Source: a virus
IMG/VR virus record: IMGVR_UViG_3300025869_000013
Location: 4,253 to 68,252 of that record
DNA length: 64,000 nucleotides
Direction: 5' to 3' (one strand)
Position numbers and translations under genes: made by a program. The notes beneath the pieces are model-generated. The model was not told the origin of the DNA and searched no databases. It was given only the letters and a program-made list of their open reading frames with translations. The stretch's first letter is position 1. The number at the start of each line of letters is the position of its first letter. Below, piece after piece: positions 49,110 to 59,581 of this stretch.

Positions 49110-49152
49110 AAAAATTAATATAAAACTACCCCTCCCGAAGGAGAGGTAGTTT
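49110..49152 (-). terminator. intrinsic terminator after the major capsid gene
   Basis: Minus strand AAACTACCTCTCC-TTCG-GGAGGGGTAGTTT followed by a T-rich tract. Confidence 0.82.
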
Positions 49153-49169
49153 CACCAAATATACTTATC

Positions 49170-50645
49170 TTAGTTTAACAACATAAAGTTGTTAGCACCC
49201 TGAACAATCAAGCAACGCTCCGTTAGGAAGTTCACTGTCATTGCATCAAGATCAGATGTAACTGCTCCAACAGAACCAGTAATCCATGTCTTCATCTTAC
49301 GTGATTCCGTGTTAGACGCTCTATAACGAGTATGTAGGAATGGACGCTTAAGGTTCTTGCCTAAACTTTCATCATAAACAGAAGATACTCCAGCTGGAAC
49401 AACTACTCCACGAATAGCTCCAACAGTGTTTCTATCGTTGATACCACCTCTTGTAGCGAAGTCGTTTAAGTACTTCCAATCTGACTTGTAGAAATCGTAA
49501 GATCCACGACGGAATCCAGAGAATCCTAAGTTAAGAGCCATATCCTCAGAGTTGTCGAATACTCCGTAAGAAGTACCACCAGCTCCGTAAGAGTTCATTG
49601 AAGCAAGCATGTCGTCCATAGCAAGAGCTGTAGCGCGATTTACAAACAACATGTTCTCCTCAATAGCACCGTTCTTGTCGAACTCGGCTAGAATAGCGTC
49701 AAACTCAGCTAGGTCAGTAGCAGCGTTAACACCAGTTACACCAGAAGACTGATGACCACGAGCTTCAATAGCAGCAAATAAACCTTCAGTACCTGCTGTA
49801 CCAACACCACCATCAGTTGGTAATGCAATCGTAGAAGCCTCTGCAACTTTCTCAGCTTCAATCAACGCCATCTCACAGTAGTCCATGAAACGAGAGCGAG
49901 TGTCGCCTTCAGCTTTTAGATACCAGTAGTAACCATTTTGACCATCTTCACCAGAAACTTCAACCCAACCAATTTGAGAAACGTCAGAACCAGAAACCTG
50001 GTACTTATCCTTCATAATGATCGGCTTATTAGTGAATGTAGTAAACTGCGGCTCGTTGCTGTTATCTCTAAGAGTGTCTGTGTTGTAAGACGTTCCCTTA
50101 GCGTACTCAGAACCATAAACCATAATAGTAAGGTTATCTGAATCACCGAAATCAGTAGCTAAAGTTGCATTATCATACGGCTTTGCAGTGATAAGATCCG
50201 TTGCTGAGGTGTGCTTTGTAGGAGTACCTACCGCTTCTGCATCAACAACAGTAACGTAACATTTTACTGTTTTTGTTGGCGAAGCCACCAAGATAGTATC
50301 TCCAACGCGAATACCGTGCGTAGTACCAGCATCGTTACCGTCGATGTCTGTATCTATTTGAATAGTGTTCTGCGCCGCAGTACCGATAGTACCTTTGTAT
50401 GAAAGGTGTAATCTACCTTGCTCTGACCAAATAACTTGATCTGCAGCCATCGCCTCTTCCGCGCCCACTTGAGATAAGAAACCAGAAATTGTTCTTTTAC
50501 CGAACACTTCCGCTTCTTTCTCCATTAGATCTGGAAGGTACTGCTGAGCCCATCCTGAGTTTTGTAGGTCTAGATAGTTCTCAGACGTTGTCGCCTGAAT
50601 AGAAGCCCCTCGTGCATTATAGGGACTTGGACTTGAAATTGCCAT
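49170..50645 (-). CDS. major capsid protein
   Basis: 491 aa after the scaffold and before a strong terminator; QQYLPDL, WSEQGRLH, LNLGFSGFRRGSYDFYK..W.YLND, FLTERCL. Confidence 0.85.
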   Translation of the reverse strand: MAISSPSPYNARGASIQATTSENYLDLQNSGWAQQYLPDLMEKEAEVFGKRTISGFLSQVGAEEAMAADQVIWSEQGRLHLSYKGTIGTAAQNTIQIDTDIDGNDAGTTHGIRVGDTILVASPTKTVKCYVTVVDAEAVGTPTKHTSATDLITAKPYDNATLATDFGDSDNLTIMVYGSEYAKGTSYNTDTLRDNSNEPQFTTFTNKPIIMKDKYQVSGSDVSQIGWVEVSGEDGQNGYYWYLKAEGDTRSRFMDYCEMALIEAEKVAEASTIALPTDGGVGTAGTEGLFAAIEARGHQSSGVTGVNAATDLAEFDAILAEFDKNGAIEENMLFVNRATALAMDDMLASMNSYGAGGTSYGVFDNSEDMALNLGFSGFRRGSYDFYKSDWKYLNDFATRGGINDRNTVGAIRGVVVPAGVSSVYDESLGKNLKRPFLHTRYRASNTESRKMKTWITGSVGAVTSDLDAMTVNFLTERCLIVQGANNFMLLN

Positions 50646-50658
50646 TTTTTCTTAATTT

Positions 50659-51813
50659 TTAATTTTTGTTTTTATTTTTAATTTTGAACTTAAAAGAAGC
50701 AGAATCATCACCTAATACTCTTACTTTCACGCCACCTTGCATTTCACCTTGAGTGGATCTAGCTGTAGTGTTTATGTTTTTGGCTTTCGCAACACTGTCT
50801 TTCAGTGCATCCGCTCGGCCTTGTTCGTAAAAGTGATTAGCAACTGCGTCTGCGTTCATAGCTGTGTACAAGCTCTTATGGTAACCTTTAGCATCTGACA
50901 TAGCGTTATCTTCATTCAAAAACTTTTTGATAAAGTTATTTATATCGCTTTGGGTTTCCTTTACTTGGCCTGCGTCCTTAACATTATATCTAAATCTTTT
51001 ATCTCCAACGTTGTATTCAAAACCTTTGAACTCGTTATTGAAAACCTGCTCGGTCTTCTTGTTAAATCTAGACTTCTGTTGTTGAGCTACTTTCTGCGTC
51101 TGCTCTGACTCTTTATTGTATCGGTTGAAGAAATCAATTGCTTTCTGCTGCTCACCTGTGAGTTTGCTTCCAGCTTTAATGTCTTCGTAGTATTTAGACT
51201 TTTGCCCGTCTAAGTAGGTCTTGGCCTCGGCAACTTGCTCTTTGAGGGCCAATTTTTTACGTTTAATATCTCTTTCATCATCTATATCTTCGTCGAATGA
51301 GAAGTTATCTTCCATCATGAAGTTAATCTCCTCTGAAGTTAGATGAGGTTTAGTTCTCTTGTAGTATTCAAGCATAGCATCCTGATCATCTAAATCTTTA
51401 ATATCCCTATTAAGATTAACATAATCCTCAAGATCTCCACCAGTTTCATCCATAAAGTCTAGTAGCTTTTGAACGTTCTCAGGTATAGCTTTACCTGACT
51501 CCTCATTGGCGTCAAGCGCTTCTATCACCTCTTCTTCTGTTACTACCTCTTCGTCTGTTACTTCCTCAAGTGCGGGCGTTTCGTTATCGACGTCCTCTTC
51601 TTGTGCAACTTCGTTATTTGTCTCTTCGACATTGGTTTCAACTTCATCTACTGGTTCTTGCGGTTTACTTAAATCTACTTTAATGACATCTGGGTCATCT
51701 TTGCTTTCAAATTTCTCTAGATCAAGCTCTGGGGCTTGTTCTTCTACAGCCTCTACCTGAGGCTCTTCTTGAGTAACCTCTTCGGTTACCTCTTCGTTTT
51801 TAACTTCTTCCAT
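50659..51813 (-). CDS. capsid scaffolding protein
   Basis: Very acidic N-terminal half; FYEQGRADA...AKNI; lies between portal and MCP. Confidence 0.75.
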   Translation of the reverse strand: MEEVKNEEVTEEVTQEEPQVEAVEEQAPELDLEKFESKDDPDVIKVDLSKPQEPVDEVETNVEETNNEVAQEEDVDNETPALEEVTDEEVVTEEEVIEALDANEESGKAIPENVQKLLDFMDETGGDLEDYVNLNRDIKDLDDQDAMLEYYKRTKPHLTSEEINFMMEDNFSFDEDIDDERDIKRKKLALKEQVAEAKTYLDGQKSKYYEDIKAGSKLTGEQQKAIDFFNRYNKESEQTQKVAQQQKSRFNKKTEQVFNNEFKGFEYNVGDKRFRYNVKDAGQVKETQSDINNFIKKFLNEDNAMSDAKGYHKSLYTAMNADAVANHFYEQGRADALKDSVAKAKNINTTARSTQGEMQGGVKVRVLGDDSASFKFKIKNKNKN

Positions 51814-51827
51814 AATATATTATATAA

Positions 51828-54200
51828 TTAATTACCAATTTGTGGGTTAAATTTATTTAAACCCATTCCGCCTCCTAGTATATCATTACCTGAAGACTCA
51901 AACTTTTTACTCGTTTGTTTCATATTTTCTCGCCTATCTTTACCCTGCTCTTTCATACCCTCTACTTTTTCTGTAGATTGACGCTCTTGTGATCTTAACT
52001 GTTGGTTAAGCTCAAATTCATAAGCCATCAACTCTTTCTTAAGTCTCACCTCCTCTTGTAGATGCGTAAGCTTAGTCTGACCCTTTAATTGTTCTAATTG
52101 GGAGTCTGTTTGAGCTTTTGCCTGATTTTTTTGTATCTCAGCTTGAGCAGCGGCTTGTTGAGCTTGCGCATTAGCCTGCGCTTGGGCTTGCATATTCTCT
52201 TGTTGGAGTTTTTGATCGCGTTCCTGTTTTTTTCTACGTTTAATCTTCAACAGCTGATTAGCGAGTTTTAAATTCCTAACCTCCCTAATATCTATTGCGT
52301 CATCTAAATCTATTAACTGCTGAGCTAAAGCAGTTTGAATATTATTCTCTAGCAACTGCTTCTCCTCTTCGTCTGGTTCTAACTCTATGAATATACCAAA
52401 GTCATATAGGTGTAACTCAGACATCTCTTTGAGAGTAGCTACGTTATGAGCACCTATAGCTTGAACAAAAGCATCTGCTGTAGGTGAATATTCTAGTATA
52501 TCAGATATTCTTAAAGATAAAGCCTCAGCCACCTCAGATGTTAAAAACATCGATCCAAGTAACACGTGTCGTGTAGCTACGTTAGAATTCGCAGCAGCTA
52601 ATTTCTGTACTCCGACTAAAGACTTAGGATCTGGCATGCTACCATCCCTAGCTTCATTTAATCCCGTTACATCACGGATCATTTGCAGGTAGTAGTTATA
52701 CGTTTGTATTAGACTACCAATTTTATTCTGTCCAGCTCCGTTGGATATTTGTTGAATAGGTATTTTACCAGGGTTTTGGTCACCGTCACTAGTAAAAGAT
52801 CTACCTATAACACTACCAGTTTGGAAGAACATGTTAAGCGCTTCCTGAGGGTTGTAATTAGTTCCATTGCCTAAATCTACTTCAGCAAGTCCATCAGCGT
52901 CAAGGTACACTCCATCGGGTACCATGCGTGACATAACTTGCTGCAACTTGAGGTGCGTTAACTGAATAGTATCAGCAAACCCAGTAATTCTACTTACGAT
53001 AGACTCTATACGACCTTCGTACATACGTGGCGCTACTAAAGAGTAGTTCATCTTAACTTTATTAAAGTCAGATTTACTACGCATCATATTCTCAGCCTTG
53101 TTCCACTTTATAAGTTTATCCGTACCAAGGATCATAGCACCTTCAAAAACACACTCCACAGATCTTTGAAGCCTACTGTAACCACCTTCTTTATCTACAG
53201 GTGGGTTAAACGCGTCTGTCTTCTCTATAGCTTTGTCTCCTCCGCTACCGGTCTCCTTTATCTTGTAAACGTCGTTAGTATGAGTTCTGTAATTAAAGTA
53301 CAACACTTGCACTTTGTTTTTATCCATACCTTGTATACGTCTACCTCTAGATGATCTCTTACTAGAGCTATTATGTATATCCTCTAAATCTGATTCTGTC
53401 AAGTGATCAAACTCTCTAGCTAACTCATTTATAGGTATAGTTTTCACTTCCCCTATGTAATATATGTCGTCAAAGTACGGAGATTCAGTGTAAGAATAAA
53501 CTATATTAGCGGGATCAACGTATTCAACGGTAGCGCCATCACTCCAGTTAAACCCAGTTTTAACACACCCAATACCTAGCACCGTTAAATCATACAACAA
53601 CCTGCGCCTAGTTAAATCATACTTATTACCTTCAAGTAAAACATTGATAGCTTGCTCTTCAGCTATTTCAACAGCTTGCTTGTAATTAAGCTGCATGTGT
53701 AAGTCTAGCTCCTCCTGTGTATCTGGTAACTCTTCTTTTTTATTTTCGTATAAGTCAACGTTAAACATTTCCGCTGCCTGGTCATTATAAACCTTAGCAT
53801 CCATATCCCTCATGAGAGATTCCATATACTCTGTTCTCTTACTCACACCAAATTGATCCTGTGAGTAAGCTTTAACGTTGAACATCCTTTCAGACATACC
53901 GTTAACCACTATATCCACGAACTTAGGTATAATAGGTACTGGTTTCCAGTCTAGGTTAAGGTAAGATAAATCACCGTTAATAGATAACTCATCTTTATAC
54001 TTTTGAATAGACTGCTCTCCTCTAGCGTACAGTCTTAGATTATGAAACTTCTGTTGAGAAACATTATACCTGTTACTATGAGAGTCTTTAAACCACTCTT
54101 GCTCAATAGCCCTCGCTACTTTAAGTCCATACTCTGGACTCATTTTCTCTAGGTCAGGAACCGCTTGAGAAGGGAAATTTACATATACTGACTCAGCCAT
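51828..54200 (-). CDS. portal protein
   Basis: LRLYARGEQ..KYK, LDWKPVPIIPKFVDIVVNG, IRDVTGLNEARDG, Gln-rich C-terminal coil; follows the terminase. Confidence 0.85.
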   Translation of the reverse strand: MAESVYVNFPSQAVPDLEKMSPEYGLKVARAIEQEWFKDSHSNRYNVSQQKFHNLRLYARGEQSIQKYKDELSINGDLSYLNLDWKPVPIIPKFVDIVVNGMSERMFNVKAYSQDQFGVSKRTEYMESLMRDMDAKVYNDQAAEMFNVDLYENKKEELPDTQEELDLHMQLNYKQAVEIAEEQAINVLLEGNKYDLTRRRLLYDLTVLGIGCVKTGFNWSDGATVEYVDPANIVYSYTESPYFDDIYYIGEVKTIPINELAREFDHLTESDLEDIHNSSSKRSSRGRRIQGMDKNKVQVLYFNYRTHTNDVYKIKETGSGGDKAIEKTDAFNPPVDKEGGYSRLQRSVECVFEGAMILGTDKLIKWNKAENMMRSKSDFNKVKMNYSLVAPRMYEGRIESIVSRITGFADTIQLTHLKLQQVMSRMVPDGVYLDADGLAEVDLGNGTNYNPQEALNMFFQTGSVIGRSFTSDGDQNPGKIPIQQISNGAGQNKIGSLIQTYNYYLQMIRDVTGLNEARDGSMPDPKSLVGVQKLAAANSNVATRHVLLGSMFLTSEVAEALSLRISDILEYSPTADAFVQAIGAHNVATLKEMSELHLYDFGIFIELEPDEEEKQLLENNIQTALAQQLIDLDDAIDIREVRNLKLANQLLKIKRRKKQERDQKLQQENMQAQAQANAQAQQAAAQAEIQKNQAKAQTDSQLEQLKGQTKLTHLQEEVRLKKELMAYEFELNQQLRSQERQSTEKVEGMKEQGKDRRENMKQTSKKFESSGNDILGGGMGLNKFNPQIGN

Positions 54201-54201
54201 G

Positions 54202-56415
54202 CTATTTTATTATCTGGGAGTTAAATCCCTTATTGTTGTATTTTGCTATATTCAAATCCAAAGGTTGTATCTCTACTTTAGCGTTCGGCGCGTACAAGTG
54301 TCTGTTGCAAGCCATGATAGCTAAACCAGAACTTATAGACGCGTCGTGCTTTGTTCTTTTATTTATATCAAACCTAGCCCAATCATTCAGTAGTTCATTA
54401 AAATAAACAGTACCGTAATTACCTTCACCCAGATGACCTACGTGTTCTTGTATATACATCTCTATAGCTGAGGCGTGAGCTTGTTTAATGTCTTCACTTG
54501 AGTTTGGTATACCACCCACTTCTTTTTCAGCAACTGATAACTTCTTCCAAGTTTTATCTGGTCTATTCATACTGTAACCTCTATAACCTCTTCGGCGTAG
54601 ATAGTACAGTAATCTAGGTTTGTTATTCTCTGCAAGTAAAGGCATACCATAAAACACCAATGCCATTAACACATCTTCAAAAAACATCTCTGCGGTTTGT
54701 GGTCTTGCTATATACTCTAGGAAAAACGTACTCGAAGGCGCATCTTCCATAGAAAATTTTGTTAATCCGTGGAGCGCCCCCTTCGATCCTTTACCATCAA
54801 CAGTACCGCTAATATCATAACTGTCACACCCAAACGCGCCAACATGATCATTCCCTGGGAACTTAACACCATTTTTTATTATTTGTTTATTTTGCAAATT
54901 AGCTGGTGGTACCCAGCTTACCTTAAATCTTCCACCTGGATCTGGGTGGAAAACAACTTTGGAATCCTTAACACCGTTAACCCAACCAAAACTACCTGTC
55001 GTGGTGTGAGCAGCGTGTCTACTACCTTCGTTGTAGTCTATCTGCTCATATATCTTCATTAGGTTAAAGATACTGTTTTTACTTTCATCTCTAAAAGCGT
55101 GTTCCGTAGTTCTAGGGAACTGTCGGTAGAACTCATTCAAAGCATCTTGATCATCTTTTAATCCTTCAGCTTCATTCTCCCAACTGTCTACAACTCCAAT
55201 ATCTATTAATTCACCGTCTGGTCCCAGTCGTTCTCCATCACGTGGACTATCAAAGACTGGAAATCCGAATTCGTCAATAAATCCCTCATAGTTCCATTCC
55301 ATAGGGACAAAGAGAGAATACAAGCCAGACTTTGTTTGTCCATTACGGTTTCTTCTAGAAACATCTGAGTCATTGTATAATTTTTTAAAGTTACTACCTC
55401 CTTTGTCTAACGCGTTTGAAGTAGATCCCATAAGGCATTTCCCTACGATTCTACTTCCAAGTCTTAAGCAAGTTTTTGTTACTCGCCAGTTGTTTAATAT
55501 ATTATCAGGTCTCTCCCACTTACCACTCTCATCATGTACCAGCAGACTTAGCTTTTCACCGTCATAACTGTTATCACCTGTATTCTTCCAGTCGATCGTT
55601 GTGTCAAGACCAGCAAGCTCCTCTAGCTTCTCATTACTCTGAATTTTCTTACGAGTAAATTTCGTAGAAGGTACTCGGTATGCCAACTCAGATTTCGGAC
55701 GGTCCATACCATCCTGTATAGGTTTAAAGAAGAAAGGGTAATTAATTGATATAGGTACCACTTTATCTGTAAACATTTTCTTCGCATCGGCACCAGACTT
55801 AGATAAGATCCCATATCTACTATCACTCGATATAGTGGCTAAGTTAACTGTTTCTGCAGAGGACATAAAAGAAAAACCTGAACGACGGTTCTTAAGGTAG
55901 CACATTCCATAGCATCTCTTATCTGCCTTGCAGGCTTCCCAGAATATAAAGAATAGCCGATTGGCCTCTCTAAAGTCTGGTGCACCCACGTCGATTTTAC
56001 TCCATTGAAGATACATATAGTGACTACCAGTTATGTACGTCGGTTTACCATTATTAGTAAACCAGAACCCTTCGTCCCTACGTCTGAACTCTTCGTCTAT
56101 ATAGTCATGCCACTTCTCTTTTTGTTCGTCTGGATAGCTTCTCCAGTCGAATATAGTTTTTAAACGGCTTAATTCCTTAGGCGTCTCTATCTTACCCCAT
56201 TTATTGTTTTCGTGCTTGAAAACTTTAGTAGGTTTAGGTAAAGCTATCTTAAAACCCTGTATATCATATATCTCACCTATAACACCAGTCTTAGATAAAA
56301 CCACTATATCGTGATCTTTATCGTAACCATACTTCCACTTCTTACCTCTGTTTAACCTGGTAAGAGTGGTTTTCTTTATAGGCTCTATTATTTTTAATAA
56401 TGTCTGTTCGTACAT
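54202..56415 (-). CDS. terL: terminase large subunit
   Basis: Walker A-like LKNRRSGFS, Walker B LLVHDESGKW, GST coupling motif, nuclease GCDSYD...ENNK...HD. Confidence 0.9.
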   Translation of the reverse strand: MYEQTLLKIIEPIKKTTLTRLNRGKKWKYGYDKDHDIVVLSKTGVIGEIYDIQGFKIALPKPTKVFKHENNKWGKIETPKELSRLKTIFDWRSYPDEQKEKWHDYIDEEFRRRDEGFWFTNNGKPTYITGSHYMYLQWSKIDVGAPDFREANRLFFIFWEACKADKRCYGMCYLKNRRSGFSFMSSAETVNLATISSDSRYGILSKSGADAKKMFTDKVVPISINYPFFFKPIQDGMDRPKSELAYRVPSTKFTRKKIQSNEKLEELAGLDTTIDWKNTGDNSYDGEKLSLLVHDESGKWERPDNILNNWRVTKTCLRLGSRIVGKCLMGSTSNALDKGGSNFKKLYNDSDVSRRNRNGQTKSGLYSLFVPMEWNYEGFIDEFGFPVFDSPRDGERLGPDGELIDIGVVDSWENEAEGLKDDQDALNEFYRQFPRTTEHAFRDESKNSIFNLMKIYEQIDYNEGSRHAAHTTTGSFGWVNGVKDSKVVFHPDPGGRFKVSWVPPANLQNKQIIKNGVKFPGNDHVGAFGCDSYDISGTVDGKGSKGALHGLTKFSMEDAPSSTFFLEYIARPQTAEMFFEDVLMALVFYGMPLLAENNKPRLLYYLRRRGYRGYSMNRPDKTWKKLSVAEKEVGGIPNSSEDIKQAHASAIEMYIQEHVGHLGEGNYGTVYFNELLNDWARFDINKRTKHDASISSGLAIMACNRHLYAPNAKVEIQPLDLNIAKYNNKGFNSQIIK

Positions 56416-56690
56416 TACTTAGATCTTCCTTCAGCAAAACCCTTAAAGACATTAGCTTTCTTTTCCTCAGGCTCTCGGCCCTCAAGTAAGTTCTCCTCCT
56501 CTTGGATTCTGGTTAATATCTCAAAGGCATCGAAGATAGCAAGCTTTTTTGTAGCAGCGGCGTTCTTGAGTCTGTCTGCGGTAATATCATCACCAGAATC
56601 TACAATAGCTTCTTTAGCTACCTTGATCAACTCTTCAACGGCTATTTGCCCAGCTTGGATTATACTCTTCTTCGTCTCCTTGATATTCAT
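56415..56690 (-). CDS. putative terminase small subunit
   Basis: Helical 91-aa protein directly upstream of terL; start MNIKETKK at 56690. Confidence 0.5.
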   Translation of the reverse strand: MNIKETKKSIIQAGQIAVEELIKVAKEAIVDSGDDITADRLKNAAATKKLAIFDAFEILTRIQEEENLLEGREPEEKKANVFKGFAEGRSK

Positions 56691-57228
56691 ATTTAATTGT
56701 AATAAAATTAGATAAAACTCGGTACATCCTCTGACCATCCACCACAAACTCAAATTCACTGCTAGGTCTAAACCCAACTAAGTCCCCTTTGAAAACAGTT
56801 CCATCTGAGTATTTTACGATACCCATTAAAGGTCTCTCTCCTTCCATATCATAGTCACTTACAGACTTAACAGGTTTTACAAAGCAATACCCTTTCGGAC
56901 AGATCCAATCCTTATCCCTTTTATACAAAAAAATCTGATCTGGAGAAACTAAGTACTTATTTTCCTCAAGGAAAGATCTACTGTTTCTTTCTTTACCTTT
57001 TACGTCGTGCCACCTTCTAAAGACGTTATGATGTAATGTTACTATATCACCCACTTTAGGATTCAAAGGAGCTCCAGCGCTAGGTACAGATAAGATTCTA
57101 GCTTCTCTGTTTACGTGCTGATGATTAAAAACCTCAGTGTTTAATATTAACTCTTTGTCTCCAACTTTTTTACTGTTGTTATATCTTTCACCTAATGGTT
57201 CTACAACATAGTCGTAAACTGAGTGCAT
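56635..57228 (-). CDS. GroES-like protein with two tandem GroES-like domains
   Basis: YVVEP...KVGDIV and FVKPV...GIVKY....GDLVGF....EF.VDGQRMYRV.. Confidence 0.6.
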   Translation of the reverse strand: MHSVYDYVVEPLGERYNNSKKVGDKELILNTEVFNHQHVNREARILSVPSAGAPLNPKVGDIVTLHHNVFRRWHDVKGKERNSRSFLEENKYLVSPDQIFLYKRDKDWICPKGYCFVKPVKSVSDYDMEGERPLMGIVKYSDGTVFKGDLVGFRPSSEFEFVVDGQRMYRVLSNFITIKYEYQGDEEEYNPSWANSR

Positions 57229-57449
57229 TAGTACTGTAAGTTATACTCAACAGATATAGCCATGTTTTTGTTAAAATCTTTCCAAGGTATGACCGCTTTG
57301 TCTTTGCGTATATAGATAGAGTACTTGTCCTCCTCTTCTAGTATATCACAAATAGTATGACCGCCATACACTTCTTGCCCTACGGCATAGTGCATGGAGT
57401 CATTCTTGTAGTCTTTACCTATCGTGATCTTACGAATCAGATGGCTCAT
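57228..57449 (-). CDS. hypothetical protein
   Basis: IRKITIGKDYKNDSMHYAVGQEV; operon packing. Confidence 0.65.
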   Translation of the reverse strand: MSHLIRKITIGKDYKNDSMHYAVGQEVYGGHTICDILEEEDKYSIYIRKDKAVIPWKDFNKNMAISVEYNLQY

Positions 57450-57705
57450 CTTTGTATTCGATAGTCCCGTCCTGGATGTTTATATTCACCTCACCATACT
57501 CTTTGCGAATTTCCTCTTGAACTTCGTTAAGTTGATCGTTGCCCTGAGCTAGCGTATGTAGTAAATTATGCTTTTGAGCCTCTATCTTTCCGATATCTGC
57601 GTGTAGCTTGTTTACAGCACTAACGATGTTCTGTACTCTCTCTAGTTGATCCTTAGAGATTGCCTCTGGCTTTAGGTCTACGACCTTGTTCTTCTTTTTA
57701 CCCAT
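57430..57705 (-). CDS. coiled-coil hypothetical protein
   Basis: Heptad helix ending EYGEVNINIQDG. Confidence 0.65.
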   Translation of the reverse strand: MGKKKNKVVDLKPEAISKDQLERVQNIVSAVNKLHADIGKIEAQKHNLLHTLAQGNDQLNEVQEEIRKEYGEVNINIQDGTIEYKDEPSDS

Positions 57706-57744
57706 AATTAAATTGTATTAAATTAAAATTGTTTGTTGTTTGTT

Positions 57745-58098
57745 TTATTCTCCGAAATAACATATTATACCTCCGTCATTATCAGCTTGGGGTGTTACGC
57801 TAGTCCATCTCCCATATATAGTTGCGCCAATGCCGAACTTAGTTGTACTTGCTTCAACAGCTAAACCACCGTCTCCATGATCCTGATTGTTGCTACCAGC
57901 GTTGCCTTGCTCGTGAGCAGTTACAGCTGTGTTTATATACATTTCTGGATCTTCAGCTATTAAAGCTGTTGGTATATTAGAGGCGATAAAGTATATGGCT
58001 ATAATAACTTTATTCGGCGGAGGCGTTACTGCCGTGTTGGTGTTGCAAAAAGCTGAGCCTGTTATTTTCCCGGTCCAATCGTTTGTTGGTAATCCCAT
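57745..58098 (-). CDS. hypothetical, possibly virion, protein
   Basis: GATIYGRWTSVT...GIICYFG C-terminal motif. Confidence 0.55.
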   Translation of the reverse strand: MGLPTNDWTGKITGSAFCNTNTAVTPPPNKVIIAIYFIASNIPTALIAEDPEMYINTAVTAHEQGNAGSNNQDHGDGGLAVEASTTKFGIGATIYGRWTSVTPQADNDGGIICYFGE

Positions 58099-58102
58099 AA
58101 TT

Positions 58103-58495
58103 TTATTTTTTTACTTTTTCTAGTGATCTACCACCGAAGTAGGCTCCAATCACAGTTATTAATACTAGTTGTAGTAAGTCAACCCAAGAGGATTTGACTT
58201 CAAAATTTATCGCACCAGCATCAATAAAGATCAATAGCATCGTGCATACTATTAAGAATATAAGAACTACGGGTCTTACATTCTTAGAAAGCCATGAGTC
58301 AGACTTTAAATCTGCCTCCCATCGAGAAGTGATATTCTTCTCCATCTCGATTTCGTAGTTGGCTACTAATTCTTTTATTTTCCTTTCCGCCTCTAGCTTT
58401 TCATCTTTCGATGTAGTAAGGTTATCCAGTACTCCACCCACACCCTTAACGAGTTCAGCCGCACCACCAGAAAATATCTTACCTAGTAATTTCAT
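58103..58495 (-). CDS. holin-like membrane protein (3TM holin family)
   Basis: RWEADLKSDSWLSKNVRP followed by two TM helices and AYFGGRSLEK. Confidence 0.75.
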   Translation of the reverse strand: MKLLGKIFSGGAAELVKGVGGVLDNLTTSKDEKLEAERKIKELVANYEIEMEKNITSRWEADLKSDSWLSKNVRPVVLIFLIVCTMLLIFIDAGAINFEVKSSWVDLLQLVLITVIGAYFGGRSLEKVKK

Positions 58496-58711
58496 TTAAA
58501 AACCTAATCTTCCCGAACTTGAACCACGCTGAACAAGCTCCCCGTCCTTATTTACTGCGTAAGATTTATCTTGTCCCGTCTGCTTACTTCGACCATGGTA
58601 ACTTACGTCTCCCTCTGAACTCGTGTGGCTATGTTTATTTAAAACCTTACCATCACTCTTATAATGCTTAAACGGGGATTTACCGCAGAATTTCTTGCTA
58701 AACTTACTCAT
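58496..58711 (-). CDS. small basic protein
   Basis: MSKFSKKFCGKSPFKH. Confidence 0.55.
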   Translation of the reverse strand: MSKFSKKFCGKSPFKHYKSDGKVLNKHSHTSSEGDVSYHGRSKQTGQDKSYAVNKDGELVQRGSSSGRLGF

Positions 58712-58929
58712 TATTTATTTTTCGCGAATTTTTCTACACCACTAATACCAAATGATCCTAAAACCACCCATACAAAAGAGTTGTACACAAATTCATTAAT
58801 TACTAAATCTTTACCGATTGCTCCAGATACAGTATCCACAATCATTACTAGAACCATGATAGCAAAGGCTATAAACCCAACTATCGCTTTTTCGTTCCAC
58901 TCGTTCGTATCTTTAAATATTTCAAACAT
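58711..58929 (-). CDS. two-TM small membrane protein (holin- or antiholin-like)
   Basis: Two hydrophobic helices; ends GISGVEKFAK. Confidence 0.65.
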   Translation of the reverse strand: MFEIFKDTNEWNEKAIVGFIAFAIMVLVMIVDTVSGAIGKDLVINEFVYNSFVWVVLGSFGISGVEKFAKNK

Positions 58930-59299
58930 CTTTTTCTGCTTTTACAGCTCGCTTCTCCCAAGGAAACGCGTGGCTACCCTCAGCGTGCCATTTGCCATTA
59001 TATTTTATTTTACCGTTTTTACGAGGATACTCGCTTCCGTTATCTCGAACAGAGTTTTCACTATAAGAGATTTGACCACGAGCCATTTCTTTTGCGTGTA
59101 AAGACTCATGTGCTACAGCTCTGCGATATAGCTCACCGTTTTTAGGTACGTCTTTATTTATAAGTATTGTTGATCCGTCAACTGCTTCTCCAACAACACC
59201 AGGCTCTAGTTTAACGTGGTCAACTTTTATTCCTTCACTAGTAGTTACAGTTTTTTTAGCTATACCAGGAAGAGCATTAGTTCTTGGAGTAAACGGCAT
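58922..59299 (-). CDS. small zincin-like metallopeptidase
   Basis: G.A...ILIN...AVAHESLH..M and downstream PWE..A third-ligand motif. Confidence 0.65.
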   Translation of the reverse strand: MPFTPRTNALPGIAKKTVTTSEGIKVDHVKLEPGVVGEAVDGSTILINKDVPKNGELYRRAVAHESLHAKEMARGQISYSENSVRDNGSEYPRKNGKIKYNGKWHAEGSHAFPWEKRAVKAEKDV

Positions 59300-59580
59300 T
59301 ACTTCTTTTCAGCCTTAGACGCGTGAACAGCTTTTCGTTGAGCAGCACTAGCGTACTTCTTCATTGGTTTATCACCGTGCATCTTGTGAGGCTTACCGTA
59401 CATATCCATCGGTGATCCTTCAGCTTTTGATATTTCAGCTTTTAACTCTGGCGGTAAATTCGCTTCCTGCTTAGCTGTCATCTTAACTGGGTTTTTAACA
59501 TCCATCGCGTAAGCTGGCTTATTATTCATTTTGTATGGAGACTTCTTCCTTGAGTTTCCAAATCCGTATTTACTTGGCAT
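59299..59580 (-). CDS. small basic protein with xPxxM repeats
   Basis: SPYKM, PAYAM, NPVKM, SPMDM, KPHKM, KPMKK. Confidence 0.6.
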   Translation of the reverse strand: MPSKYGFGNSRKKSPYKMNNKPAYAMDVKNPVKMTAKQEANLPPELKAEISKAEGSPMDMYGKPHKMHGDKPMKKYASAAQRKAVHASKAEKK

Positions 59581-59581
59581 G

